From assembly GCA_038087875.1 (NCBI GenBank), contig CM075994.1:5146001-5210000 (forward strand): DNA of 64,000 bases, in the 5' to 3' direction. The position numbers and the translations under genes were made by a program. This document shows positions 1 to 12,579 of the stretch, piece after piece (within the stretch, counting starts at the first letter, position 1; each line of letters begins with the position of its first letter). The notes beneath the pieces were generated by a model. The model was not told the origin of the DNA and searched no databases. It saw nothing but the letters and a program-made list of their open reading frames with translations. This DNA comes from Malacoraja senta. Lineage: Eukaryota.

Positions 1-377
1 GCAAAATCTTTTTTTTTCGTTTTCAGGACATAACAAAGTGCAAAGTTGTCCATTTGTTACAGACAGAGTGTACGAAAAGAATAAATAAAAAAACAACTGA
101 TGCCAACATATATCAAGACAACAACAACAATAGAAAAACGAGATACCAAAAATAACCCCTCCCCAGTCACTGCCAGTGAGCACTACAAATATCAGCCTGT
201 CACAACAACAATCCACGATAAGTGAATGGGTAGACTGTTAAGCTGTTAAACAGTGCTTGATGATCATGCATTTACATAGTCTGGAATACATTTCAAAAAG
301 GTCCCCACACTTTCTGAAACCTTCCATTTGAATTTTGAAATGAGTACCTGATTTTCTCGAGCTTTAGGCAGGACATA

Positions 378-895
378 ATATAACCATATAATATAACCAT
401 ATAACAATTACAGCACGGATAAAGGCCATCTCGACCCTTCTAGTCCGTGCCGAACACGTATTCTCCCCTAGTCCCATATACCTGCGCTCACAACATAACC
501 CTCCATTCCTTTCCCGTCCATATAACTATCCAATTCATTTTTAAATGATAAAAACGAACCTGCCTCCACCACCTTCACTGGAAGCTCATTCCACACAGCC
601 ACCACTCTCCGAGTAAAGAAGTTCCCCCTCATGTTACCCCTAAACTTCTGTCCCTTAATTCTCAATTCATGTCCCCTTGTTTGAATCTTCCCTATTCTCA
701 ATGGGAAAAGCTTATCCACGTCAACTCTGTCTATCCCTCTCATCATTTTAAAGACCTCTATCAAGTCCCCCTTTAACCTTCTGCGCTCCAAAGAATAAAG
801 CCCTAACTTGTTCAACCTTTCTCTGTAAATTAGTTGTTGAAACCCAGGCAACATTCTAGTAAATCTCCTCTGTACTCTCTCTATTTTGTTGACGT
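378..895 (-). mobile_element. CR1 LINE 3' fragment inserted into the L1 ORF2 C-terminus
   Basis: ERVQRRFTRMLPG...LERRRLKGDLIEVFK...TRGH...FFTRRVV..WNELP; TAACCATA-type microsatellite tail at ~378-405; L1 ORF2 resumes on both sides. Confidence 0.9.
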
Positions 896-1644
896 CCGCC
901 ATATCTGTCAGCCATTGTGTATGAGTGGGCGGAGTAGGTTCCGTCCACCTGAGCAGGATTGTTCGCCGAGCCAGAAGAGAAGCAAAATATATAATGTGGC
1001 GTTTATCTGCAGTTAATCTAACCTCCTCACCAGTGACCCCCAATAAGAGCGATCAGAGGCTTTGGATCCAATTTGATGTTTAACACCTGGGATAATGTAT
1101 GAAATACCTCTAGACAGAACTTGTTAAGGATGGGGCATGACCAATATATATGGGTAAGAGAGGCTTCAAAAGTTTTACATTTAACACAGAATGGACTAAC
1201 CTCAGGGAAAAAGTAGATCATTTGGCTTTTGAGATATGAGCCCTATGTACCACTTTGAATTGGATCAGACAGTGACGGGCACATAGAGAGGTGGAATTAA
1301 CCAGTTTAAGAATGGACCTACATGTATCTTCCGAGAGAGAGGAGTCCAAGTCTTCCTCCCATGCTGCCTTAAGCTTGTCCATGGGGGCGCGCCTTTGGTC
1401 CAACATCCTGCCAAGTCTATTCCGAGATGGAATTAAAGAAAGAACTGTATCAACCAGGGTTGTGTCTGTTGGTATAGAAGAACTGGGCAGTTTATAGAAC
1501 ACACAATGTCTTGTTTGCAGGTATCGGAAAAATATCTGACTTTAGAAGATTGAATTTGTTGCATATTTTTTCAAAAGATGCTACAGTGTTACTCATATTC
1601 AGGTACTTGAAGCGCACAATACCTTTCCTATGGGTTATTGATAG

Positions 1645-1748
1645 GTGACGATCAGCCATGATCATAATGAATGATGTTGCTGACTCGAAGGGCCGAATGA
1701 CCTCCTCCTGCACCTATTTTCTATGTTTCTATTTTCTATGTTTCTAAG
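1645..1748 (+). mobile_element. CR1 3' tail fragment inside the L1
   Basis: gatcagccatgatc...gaagggccgaatg...cctgcacctattttctatgtttct, the same tail as the CR1 at 25520-25610. Confidence 0.85.
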
Positions 1749-4689
1749 ATGGTCAAAGAAGGACTTGGGGATAAAAACCGGTAAGGCCTGAAAAAGGTAC
1801 ACACATTTTGGTAAAATGGTGATTTAGATTGAATTTATCCGGCCGACAAGGGACATTGACAGGGGGTGACCACTGTGTTACCGTCTTTTTGGTCTGGTTT
1901 AACAGAATTATAAAATTATCTTTGAAAATATCCCTGTGTTTCCTCGTAACTGAAATGCCCAAGTATGAGAGCTTGTTTTTTTTCAATTTTGAATGGCAAG
2001 TTGGTAAGATCCGAGGGTTGTACTTCATAGTTAATGGGAAACAGTTCGCTTTTTCAAAGATTTATCTTCTAACCTGAAAATTGACCAAAATTATTGATCA
2101 GTGACATAGCAGAATGCAGAGAGGTGCCCGGGTTTGAGACAAAAAGCAAAATATCATGTGCATATAGTGAGACCTTGTGCTGTGTACTGCCCCTCCAAAT
2201 ATCGGCTATGTCCTCACAGCTGCGAAAGGCCATGGCAAGTGGTTCGATGGCCAAGTCAAAAAGCATCGGGCTCAGAGGACACCCCTGGCGGGTTCCACGA
2301 AGCAAGTCGAACGACTTGGACAACTGGGAATTAGTCCGAACTGAGGCTGTGGGATGAGAGTATAGTAACCTGATCCATGAAATAAAGTTCGTTCCAAAAC
2401 AAAATATGTCCAGAACAGCCCATAGATAGACCCACTCATCGCGATCAAATGCTTTCTCTGCATCAATACACACGACACACTCAGGGACATCATCAGAAGC
2501 AGAGTAGACAATATCTAATAATCGACGTATGTTAAAGAAGGAATATCTGCTCTTAACAAAGCCGGTTTAGTTCTCAGATATAAGACTAGGGAGGGCATTC
2601 TCTAGTCTACGAGCTAGAACCTTAGCTACAATTTTAGCATCCGTGTTTAGAAGGGAGACGGGTCTGTTGGAGGCGCATTCGATTGGATCTTTATCTTTTT
2701 TGGCGATAAGAGTAATACAGGCTTCGGCAAAGGTTGGCGGATGAGAACCTAGTCTGTAGGATTCAGATAGAACCGAACACAACTGTGGGGAAAGGAGTAG
2801 AGATAACAATTTAAAAAATCTGCCGGGAAGCCGGCACGGCCAGGACATGTGCCTCATTGCATTGAGTAAATGGCTGAAGCTATTTCTGCCTGTGTTATGG
2901 GTTCATCCAATCTTTCCCTACAATCTAATGATAGTTTGGAAATATTTATCCTGCTCAGAAAGTAATTCATTACCTTATGATCCAGTTGAGATTCTGAAGT
3001 ATAAATCTGGGAATAATAGTCTCTGAAAGCGTCATTAATTTGCAAGTGATCCGAAGTGAACTGGCTATTAATCATGCGAATTTTAGAAACATTCTGTCTC
3101 GCTTTAGCACCCTTAAGTTGATTTGCAAGTAATTTGTCAGTTTTATCTCCATATGTATAAAACATGGCTTTATTTTTTTTTATATGTGTTCAACTGAGTG
3201 AGTAATGAGTAGGAAAAATTTGGTATTGAGTTCCAATCGTCTTTTATAAAGAGTTGGATTTAGAGTTTGCGCATATTACTTGTCCATTTCTCCAATTTGA
3301 TGAGCATGATCTAAACGCTCATTATTTGATTTCCACTTCATTTGAGCAGTGTAAGATATGATCTGCCCCCTAAGGTAAGCCGTAAGGACATCCCATACGA
3401 TCAGGCTACAGATTTCATGGGATGTATTAGTGGGGAAAAAAGCTATCTCTCTTTCCATAAACTCTACAAACTTATCATCCGAGAGCAAAGATGAATTGAA
3501 TCACCGCTGCCTACTCTTTTGAGGGAGATCTGGAAGGGATAAGGCCAGAGCAATAGGGGCATGGTCAGAAGTGACAATACTCTCATAATCACAGGAATGA
3601 ACCAAGGGTACAAGTTGGTTATCAGGAAAGAAATTGTAAATTCTAGAATACGCATGATGGACATGTAAGAAAAATTAGTATCCTTATCTTGTGGATGTAA
3701 AGAGCGCCACACCTCGCAGACACCATATTGGGAGAGAAAGGCTTGTGTGAAATGAGCTGATTTACTTACTGTACTGGGGTTAGTAAAGGATCAGTCTAAA
3801 AGAGGATCTAAACAACAATTGAAATCACCAGCTAGTCTAAGAGAGTATGTGTTCAGGTCTGGAAGTAATGAAAATAGCCACTGGAAACAACCTACATCGT
3901 CTACATTAGGGGCGTTCACGTTGACACATACTACCAGTGTATTGTATAATTTTCAAGTCACAATTACATACCGACCAAACTTGTCAGAGATCACATTATG
4001 TGGCGCAAAGGAAATGATCTGGCTGATAAGGATTGAAACTCCTCTGGCTTTAGCCTGAAAGGAAGAGTGGAAACCCTGTCCCACCCAACCTGACAAGAGA
4101 CGGCCATTGTCTGAGCAACGGGTATGAGTTTCTTGCCTGAAGGCTATTTCTGTTTTGAGTTGTTTAAGATGCGAAAAAAACGTTCATCTCTTAACAGGAT
4201 GGTTTAAACCTTTGACATCCCAGCTAACTAGCTTTATGTGTCTATCCATGTATAATAAATAAAAACGTTAAGTTGTAATGTAAATACAATGAATCAAATG
4301 ACCGGCTGAATACGAAGCAACGGGTCAGTGTATTTTGACAATGACTAGTGTGTACTGATGTGTTTATATAAAGTGCTAAAAATGTTACTGGCAGTGACAT
4401 AACCCCTCTCCCCCCCCCACCAAAAAAGCTGCTATAGAAAGAAGCAGCAATCTCTTCCAAACAAACATTTTACAAATCGAATCTTCCTGTCTAACGTAAA
4501 ACTATTAATCCAGTATTATCTACGAAAAAATACATTTAAGCACCTCTATAATAACATTTTGGCTTATTTAAATAGCCCCCCAAAAATATGGCTATGAAGA
4601 CTGAATATCAACATTGGAATAACTGAACAGTGCAAACCCTGAAATGTATCAACAGTAAACTAAATGGTTAAATGTAACCGAAAACTCAC

Positions 4690-6240
4690 ATGTTTCGTCG
4701 ATGAAACACACAAATCAAGGAAGTTGTTAAGTCTAGTTGGTTCTTTCACTTTTTGATGTAAGTTGGGATCGAGTGCAATTTCCAACTACTTTATTAGGTG
4801 CAGCATAAGATCCATCCGCTGTGAACTTGAAATTCATCCTGTCCACATCCGAATCTCCCAGAAGCTTGAGGTCGAATTTTACACTGGGCACAATCAATCT
4901 GCTTCATATTGTCAACATTTGTTGTTAACGAGCGGGAGAAAACTCCCACGTGCATATGTGTCACCCCTTGCATACGAATGCTGACTCACATGGTTTCCCT
5001 CTCTGTCATAAGGTTGTTTTCTTCATTTGTGATGAGATTCTATTTGACTGCGAAGAAAATTCGCACATGTGTATCACTGCCGCCTCTGTCCTTCCTGAAC
5101 GCTTGGTAATGTGGTGGGAACATTTCCCCAGAAGTAATTGTGTTATTCAGCCACGTTTCTGTCCCTGTTATTACATCAGGACTTTCCATGTCAATCAAAA
5201 TATGGAACTGATCACGCTTCGCTTTAGCACCTTGGTAGTTTATATTAACAATATTGATGACTTGCATTTAGATGACTGTTTGTTTTTACTTCCTTGACTA
5301 ACACTACTACGTTTGGGGCGAGAATTAGGATTTTGAATGCTTCTTGGCTCCATATTGTCAAGGTCTACAGGCTCTTGAGACACTAGAGACAGGTGATGTA
5401 GCAAACGGATCAAATGGATTTGACAAATCAAAACTATCTATAAAGTCAAAAATAGATGATGCGAAATTTGGGAGGCCACAAGTAGTACATATCTAACTGT
5501 ATGATACATGATTTTGCAAAACTTCAAACACTTCATCGCTCATTTCAACAAATCGCTTATGATACCATGCATTGCAGTCTTCACACACAAGGCTTGTTGC
5601 TTCCACTTTGCCGCCTTACCACTTTCACCACACGGGTAACTAGGGTGTGTATGGAACAGGATTGGTGTTGATATCACCGGATAACAGTAACACGAGCAAA
5701 CACAGATGGGTGGTACTAATCATGTTCTTAATGGCAAAACTGTGGGTAAGACTTGTTAATGACGTAAAAGATAAAAGAAACAAGCTCACGGGCATATCGT
5801 TAGTGTTATTCAAAGGTGAATCAAAAAAGGAGGAACACGCCCAGGATTCATATCCATAAATGGTGGGCGAGTCGAGTTGTATTGATGACGAGACGTCCAA
5901 AGGCATAAATCGCTTAGATTTTTAGAAGTCTTTAGAATGAACATTAATTCAAAACGGCTAATGTAAGGTTTAGATTCCCCATGATTGATTGATGTCCAGG
6001 CCAAAGTACAGCGAGTAAACATTCTAGCGACTTCCTAGAAATGTTAAATGTTCACCAATTACACACGACGAAATACAGTACATAAAAATGGCTGACGGCG
6101 AAATTTACAGTAATACTGCGTCGATTCAACAAACGTCGGAAAATAACTCGAAGAAAAGTAAAAAAGTGCAAAATGCACGGCCCAGCATAAGCTTGAAGCA
6201 GTAAATTATCAATTTGTAAACTCGGCTGGCAAAACATAAC
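4690..6240 (-). mobile_element. 5' part of a CR1/L2-group LINE with 2A-like motif, PHD finger and AP endonuclease (decayed)
   Basis: LLLSGDINTNPVP (~5690-5652); YPCGE..CEDCNAWYHK...ICTTCGLPNF PHD finger; NINYQG..PDVITGTETWL..YQAFRKDR..PTRLNNFLDL endonuclease. Confidence 0.8.
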
Positions 6241-6568
6241 CGCTGGAAGTTTGGATTAAAAAAGATAGCCCGGAGCTATTTGAAAATGCGACTTGCACCA
6301 ATGACTGTTCTCTGAAGAAAAGGAATATATATATTGAAAATGAAAATTGAAAACAATAAAATACGAAAATTATTAATACCAAGTTGAGCTCCAGTAAATG
6401 CTAATTAGAAGATGAAGATAAAATTAAATCAAGGAAACATGTCATTTACCTCTATTCAACTTATTCGTCAAATTTGTCACACTCGCTTCATATACCTCCA
6501 TTATTCCACGACTATGAAAATGAACAATCCAAAAACAAGTTATTTAAAAAAAAAATACATGCACTCAC

Positions 6569-6595
6569 CATCGTCTTTATCAGTCCCAGAATTCT
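6569..6595 (-). other. Candidate 27-nt symmetric phase-1 microexon (ENSGTDKDD), gene unassigned
   Basis: ctaat branch point, ttttactttaacag acceptor, G|gtgagt donor, open in phase 1. Confidence 0.35.
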
Positions 6596-6859
6596 CTGTT
6601 AAAGTAAAAGTTACAAAGCTGGCTCATTAGTTTATTTAAGGTAGTTGAATACACAAAAAAAATCAACATACTTTTTCAATATTAAATCCATTAGTCAACT
6701 GGTAAATATCATGTTTATATTGTTATTGCACATGTTTCCTCGTGGAGAATTGTTCTAAATTAACGCTGAAATTAGGCAGTTCACCTAGTTGCAATTTAAG
6801 TAACACCCTTGCCTTAACGGACTTCCATACAAAGGCTTTTGGTTATATTTTATGATCGT

Positions 6860-7160
6860 ATCTAACCCCCCTCTTCCGCACCACGTCTGCCAGTTACTCA
6901 CTGAGCGTTCGCTATGGACTTCCGATTGCCGGAGCGGGCAGAGCACGTCGTATGAATACAGGGTAAGTACCTGGCGCACAGCCTGTGGGACCAAGTAATC
7001 TGCGTCTCCCCGGCCTGTGAATTCCCCCCTGGTTTAAACCCCAACCCCCGATGCTGCGTTTCTCCCCTCCTCGCCTTGGGTTACACTGTTACAGCGGTAA
7101 ATTTGCAATAACAGATATCACACGACTCCTCCTCCTCGCCCCCGTTGTCCGTCTTTGCGA
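6860..7160. promoter_or_regulatory. CpG-rich, promoter-like island with splice donors facing both ways
   Basis: Local CpG enrichment in AT-rich DNA; ETS-type ACTTCCG near 6918; CAGG|GTAAGT donor on plus near 6963; A|GTGAGT donor on minus near 6900. Confidence 0.25.
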
Positions 7161-7602
7161 GGGTTTATTGCATTAAAACATAAACTATTTGTTCAAAAAC
7201 AGTGTTATTCCGGTAACGTTTGGCAGAAATATCGCACATAAATCTTTTACATTTTTCTTCAGCTGTGTGATTTCTTTTTTTTTTTTAAAGCAAATTTAGA
7301 AATTAGATTTCATTGCATTTTTGCATACATTCTATTACATACATTTCTATCGCCAGGACATAAATAAGACAGATAAATAAGTCAAAAGCAAGACATTGTT
7401 TTACACTAATTTGATAATGTCTCTTCACAAAATGCCAGGCCAACGGTGTAACAATTCATTTGCTGATAATTTGACTTGTGAGTATGCAAACATTCCCGAT
7501 ATGATTTTCCTCTCCGAATTATTATCTCCCTACATACCATTTGATGTTGCTAATGAATTTAGTTTATTGAAAGGATATGCCGAATCGGTTATTGATCATG
7601 TG

Positions 7603-8345
7603 GTGCCAGGGTCACGGATGTGTCTGAACGCGTCCAAGATATCCTGAAATCGGAGGGAGAGGAGCCTGAGGTTGTGGTTGCATTGCTTGTCAAGGAAGAT
7701 ATTACAGCAGTGCTTTGGCAGGATGGATTGGGAGGCTCATCTAGGGAGACTATATGGGTGGAACTGAGAAATGGGAAAGGTGTAGCAACACTTATAGGGG
7801 TGTATTATAGACCGCCAAATGGGAGCGAGAATTGGAAGAGAAAATATGTAAGGAGATAGCAGATATTAGTAGTAAGCACAAGGTAGTGATTGTTGGATAT
7901 TTCAATTTTCCACACTTAGACTGGGAAACACATTCTGTAAAAGGGTTGGATGGTTGGGAGTTTGTAAAATGTGTGCAGGATAGTTTTTGCAGCAATCGAT
8001 AGAGGTACCTACTAGAGAAGGGGCAGTGCTGGACCTCCTGTTTGGAAATGAGACAGAGCAGGTGGCGGAGGTATGCGTTGGGAGCACATCGGGTCCAGTG
8101 ATCACAATACCATTAGTTTCAATATAATTATGCAGAGGGTCAGAACTGGACCTATGGTTGAGATTTTTGATTGGAGAAAGGCTAACTTTGAGGAGATGCG
8201 AAATGATTTAAAAGGAGTGAATTGGGACATGTTGTTTTATGAGAAGGATGTAGAAGAGAAATGGAGGACATTTAAAGGTGACAACTTATGAGTACATAAT
8301 CTTTATATCCCTGTTCGGTTGAAAGGAAATAGTAAAAATTGGAAA
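7603..8345 (+). mobile_element. Internally deleted CR1 fragment (ORF1 esterase piece fused to ORF2 endonuclease)
   Basis: ARVTDVSERVQDIL..EPEVVV joined to ALLVKE..WVELRN..GVYYRPP..SDHNTISF..DWRKANF. Confidence 0.85.
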
Positions 8346-8940
8346 TGAGCGGACGTACCAACGGTTTTATAATAAGCCTTTCGCCACACCGGGGATTTTT
8401 GCTGATTCTGTTTTAATTCTGTTTCACGGTTTCCCCCTGGGTGAAAGGGGTCGCTGTTAATTTTATTTTTGTTATTAAGTCATCAATATTGTTTAACCAT
8501 ATCATGTTTGAATGCATACATTTTCTCAACCGTCCTGGTCAATTGATGCAGTTGTGACGCGTGGACTCGTTCCTCGGCATGAAATCACAGTGCTTCAAAA
8601 CCTTCACGTAGTCACTCACGTGACTCCGAAGTAAAATAGTAAGATTAAACGAGAACTTACCAAGTTTGAAATTTGATCTTTATTTTATGAGTATTACGAT
8701 GAGCGATTACATGCCCTCCGCTCCCAACCCTCGTAACATAAAGATCTTTCTGTAAGTTCTAGTCAACTCTAATCTTGCTATTTTCGTTCAACAACTCGTG
8801 TCTGTGATTTCACACCGCTGCTTTGAAGATTGACGCGCATGCGTGGTGACTGCCGTCTTCACGTAATCGCTCATCGCAACTCCTCATAAAATAAAGATCA
8901 AACTTCAAACTAAGTAAGTTCTTGTTTATTCTTATTATTT
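8340..8940 (+). mobile_element. DIRS retrotransposon 3' fragment (end of tyrosine recombinase, ICR, right terminus)
   Basis: NERTYQRFYNKP recombinase tail; ICR cacgtagtcactcacgtgactccgaagtaaaatagtaag at ~8605-8720; complementary 3' end at ~8830-8940, matching the two full copies. Confidence 0.9.
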
Positions 8941-9432
8941 TACTTCACTTCACAGATAGATTTGACATATCGAGAAGCTTGGCACGATCCAAGATTGTGT
9001 ATATAGTTACTTCACTTAGATCCTTGGCCGTTACTGGGACGTAATAATATATGACTCAACCTTAACTGAACTGTAGAACGCGGGAGACAGTCACCCATCA
9101 GAATTGCTACATTTCTCCAGCCGAATGCAATGGTGCATGTCCTTGACTAGGGATTTCAAGCATTCCAGCTAGCTTGACGAAATGTCGACAATATACGCCC
9201 CGGTAAGATGGATTTGATTTAAAGTGGGAAACTAAGAAATGTACTTAATGCGCTGATACCCTTACGTTTATGGATGGATATTTGGAAATGACCTCCAAAG
9301 GTTAACTTTACTGCTGTACATTTCAGACAATGCATTCTGCAGCCACGTTGCGCTGGTGAGAGAATGGTTGAAGGTTTATATCGTGAATTTCCGTTGTACG
9401 AGGAGAAGCCTGGGTGTTGTTGGATCTGCATT

Positions 9433-9990
9433 CATAGATTTATATAGTGTTACAGCGTTGAAGCAGCCGCTTCGGCTGAACCTGCCTACATCGGCCAAAA
9501 TGTTCCATCTACCATGCCATTATACTCCACAATTCGCCATAATACACTTACCTGCGTTTGTCCCATATCCCTCAAAAGATGTCCTATCCATGTACCTGTC
9601 TACATGTTTCGAAAACTTTGCGATGGTCCTGCGTCAACTTACTCCGCTTGCAGCTCAACACCATAAACCAACCACCCTTTGCGTGAAATGTTACTTCGCA
9701 GATTCATGTTAAATATTTCCAGCTGCAACTTAAACCTCTGTCCCCTGGTTCCCGATGCCCCTAGTCTGGGCAAGAGACTATGGATTTACTCGACCTGTTC
9801 CTCCATGACTTTACACACCTATTTAAGACCACCCCTCATCTTCCTGTGCTCCGAGAGTCCAAGCCTGTTCAACCTCTCTGCATAGCTCGGGCCCTAAAGT
9901 TCTGGCCACATCCTCGTAATTCCCTTGAGCATTCTTTGCAGCTTGTAAATCTTCTCTGCACCCTTTCTAGCTCGGACATCTTCTTTGCAC
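9433..9990 (-). mobile_element. Old CR1-group 3' fragment
   Basis: Degenerate CR1 ORF2 C-terminus and 3' UTR on minus. Confidence 0.7.
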
Positions 9991-10094
9991 ATATCCAGCT
10001 TGATTGTACCCTTTCCAGCTTTATGTACGAAAATGAATACTACATCTAAATATCTCTCGTCTATTTATTTTAGGGCGTAGCAAAATATGGAATC

Positions 10095-11064
10095 ATGAGG
10101 TGGAAAAGGTAAAACCTGCCGTGGATTGCAATAGCTGTAATTTTGTAGCTGTAATCGATTTTCTGGTAAATGATAAGCTGGGAACAGTGATATCGGGGAT
10201 CTAGATTTCAAAACAGACCATTCTTGGAGATGGTCATCACCGGGATGTTCCATATCAGATATTGTTTGCCACTAGATGTCTTCTACGTGAGGTAGCAAAA
10301 TTGTCGTGGAGCTTTAATCATCTAATGGTCTACCCTGCCTCTTGTTTCTACTTGTTATGTGGCTGCGCAGACAGGGCAATACATTCAGGTTGCTTGCCTC
10401 ATTTCACCCCATCGGATGTCCTCATGTTACATTTTATCTCACAGCCCATCTTGTTTTGGGCAGGAGGGTGCAGGCACACTGGATTCCTCGCTGTCGCGGC
10501 CTAAAAATGTCAATCAATTTGCAGAGGCTGGATTCGGAGGAAACGGACCCGTCCTGCATTTGTTGGATTTTAGATTTTTGATTCACCACTGCGAACACCG
10601 AATGCATTGAACTGTTTCTGTTGAGCTCCAATATTGTTAATGACAGTAAAATCTGGGGATCACAATTCATGAAATTGTTAGACAATTTTTTTTTAATCAA
10701 TTGAGTTCAAGAGCATTTCAGTTTTTATGCCAATTATGAATATCATTACGTAAACAAAATCAAAGGCAACATGGACAATTTACTATCTTCGCCGATTTTC
10801 ATTAGATCTGCAATTCTACTGAAATGAACGGGTCGTCTCATATTTAAAAACAACGCAAAAATTCGATTCCAGCATTCAAAGTCAAGTGCGTGTATTGCTT
10901 TTCGAGCTCCAAGACGTGCATGACTTGAACACTACAAAGTAACTTGAGCTTTTCAGGTCGGATTTATTGCGGAGGTGATTTGCCCAACCAATGGCAAACT
11001 ATCAGTGCATGGCTGACGGTATTGATTACGTGTATATTATGTGGACCAAACAGCTTTGAGAAAT
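10095..11064 (+). pseudogene. Decayed single-V-domain IgSF receptor gene (CD28/CD7/CD8-like layout: leader, V, stalk-Cys+TM)
   Basis: Leader 10095-10165 (..PWIAIAVIL.., tg|gtaaat); V exon ~10217-10645 with EVAKLS(W=C)SFN, VMWLRRQG, MSINLQRLDSEETD..IC; 108-nt phase-1 exon 10957-11064 GRIYCGG..WQTISAWLTVLITCILC with ttttcag acceptor. Stops and frameshifts present; manual reconstruction. Confidence 0.4.
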
Positions 11065-11374
11065 GTAAACAGGATGAATGTAAGATATAAAATATGCACA
11101 GCTAAACATGAAAATGTTGTAAATTAATGTCAATAACCACAACTGAAAGATGGTTGAATTACATTTCGTACATTGATCATGGGTCATCCCGTTATCCATT
11201 GCACCATGGAAACGTTTCTAATCGTTGCAACTAATCACTTACAAAGCGTGCATATACTGATTATTTACCTCCTTCACATTTTTGGGGATCATCCTCTGTC
11301 AAACAAAGAAGCATGGGAACATTGATTATATCTATAGATATTCATTGAATACGTTGACACTAAGTTGAATCATT

Positions 11375-12475
11375 GGAAGCATCGAAGATAGACACAAAAT
11401 GCTGGAGTAACTTAGCGGAACAGGCAAGTATTTCAAACCAGTGCTTTTCCAAACCAGTGCACCCGAGACGTCCTCATTTTTCAGGGAAAGTGGGTTCCCC
11501 TGTTCTACTATAGATGAAGTTCTCACCAGGGTCACCTCTGTACCCCGTAGCTCTGCTCTCACTCCACTTGCCCTCACTCGTATCCAGGGCTGAGTCCCAG
11601 TTGTCCTCATCTTCCACTCTATCATCCGTCACATACAACAAATAATCATCCGACATTTATTTCGCCACCCCCCACGGGACCCAACCACTGGCCACTTCCC
11701 CTACTCCCCTGTCTGGTTTCCGCAGAGACAGTTTCCTCCGTAACTCCCTGGTCAATTCTTCACTTCCCGCCCAAACCAACCCCTCCCCTGGCACTTTCCC
11801 TTGCACCCATAGGAAATCCTACACATGTCGCTTTACCTCCACCATTGACTCCATTCCATGACCCAACCAGTATTTCCATGTGCGACAGAGTTTCACCAGC
11901 ACCTCCTCCAACCTCATTTTTTGAATCCGCTGCTCTAGGTGTCATCTGTGCTACATCGGTGAGACCAAGCGTAAGCTTGGCGATCGCTTCGCCCAATAGT
12001 TCCGCTCGGTTCGCAATAACCAACCTGAACTCCCGGTTGTTCAGCACTTCAACTCCCCCTCCCATTCCCAATCCGACTTTTCTGTCCTGGACCTCCGCCA
12101 TGGCCAGAATGAGGCCCATCGTAAATTAGAGGAGCAGCACCTCATATTTCGGTTGGACAGTTTACAACCCAGGGGTATGAACATTGATTTCTCCAATTTC
12201 AAGAAGTCCTTGCTTTCTCCTCCCCTTCCCAGCTCTCCCTCAGCCCACTGTCTCCGCCTCTTCCTGTATTCTTCCCGCATCCCCACCCCCTCCCAACCGT
12301 CACATCAGTCTGGAGAAGGGTTCCGACCCGAGACGTTGCCTATTTCCTTCGCTCCATAGATGCTGTATCACCCGCTGAGTTTCTCCAGCATTTTTATCCA
12401 CCGAGCGGGACAGGCAGGTTCGCTGGAGAAAATCAATGGGTGATGTTTCGAGTCGAGATCCTTCTTCGGACTGGT
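11375..12475 (+). mobile_element. Penelope-like element 3' part (GIY-YIG endonuclease) with direct and inverted pLTR pieces
   Basis: CSRC..CYIGETKRKLGDRF..QHFNSPSHS..LEEQHLIF..LQPRGMNIDFSNFK; pLTR motif at ~12308-12400; inverted copies at ~11375-11430 and ~12400-12475. Confidence 0.85.
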
Positions 12476-12579
12476 GCATATTGCTTAAGGCATTAGATCA
12501 ATGCTCTTATGTCATATTTCGAATTTATATAACAGTGCGCTCCCCGAAATACGCGGAAATATATGGAAAACACGTAGAA

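Larger units (their letters stand above)
9..4690 (-). mobile_element. Decayed, 5'-truncated L1-clade LINE (inter-ORF spacer, broken ORF2, 3' UTR, polyA)
   Basis: ORF2 pieces in order on minus: endonuclease near 4240-3500, RT motifs (RPVSLLNTDAKI, DAEKAFDR, RGTRQGCPLSP, SLYAHD), C-terminal CVKC..H..W.CP and ARRTILLRW; polyT at 8-17 is the polyA tail. Confidence 0.85.

Noticed and set aside
6250-6318. TVIG..RIF..AIFFN resembling a TCR alpha TM
   Set aside because: Spacing is wrong, frame does not fit the acceptor and no associated Ig exons were found
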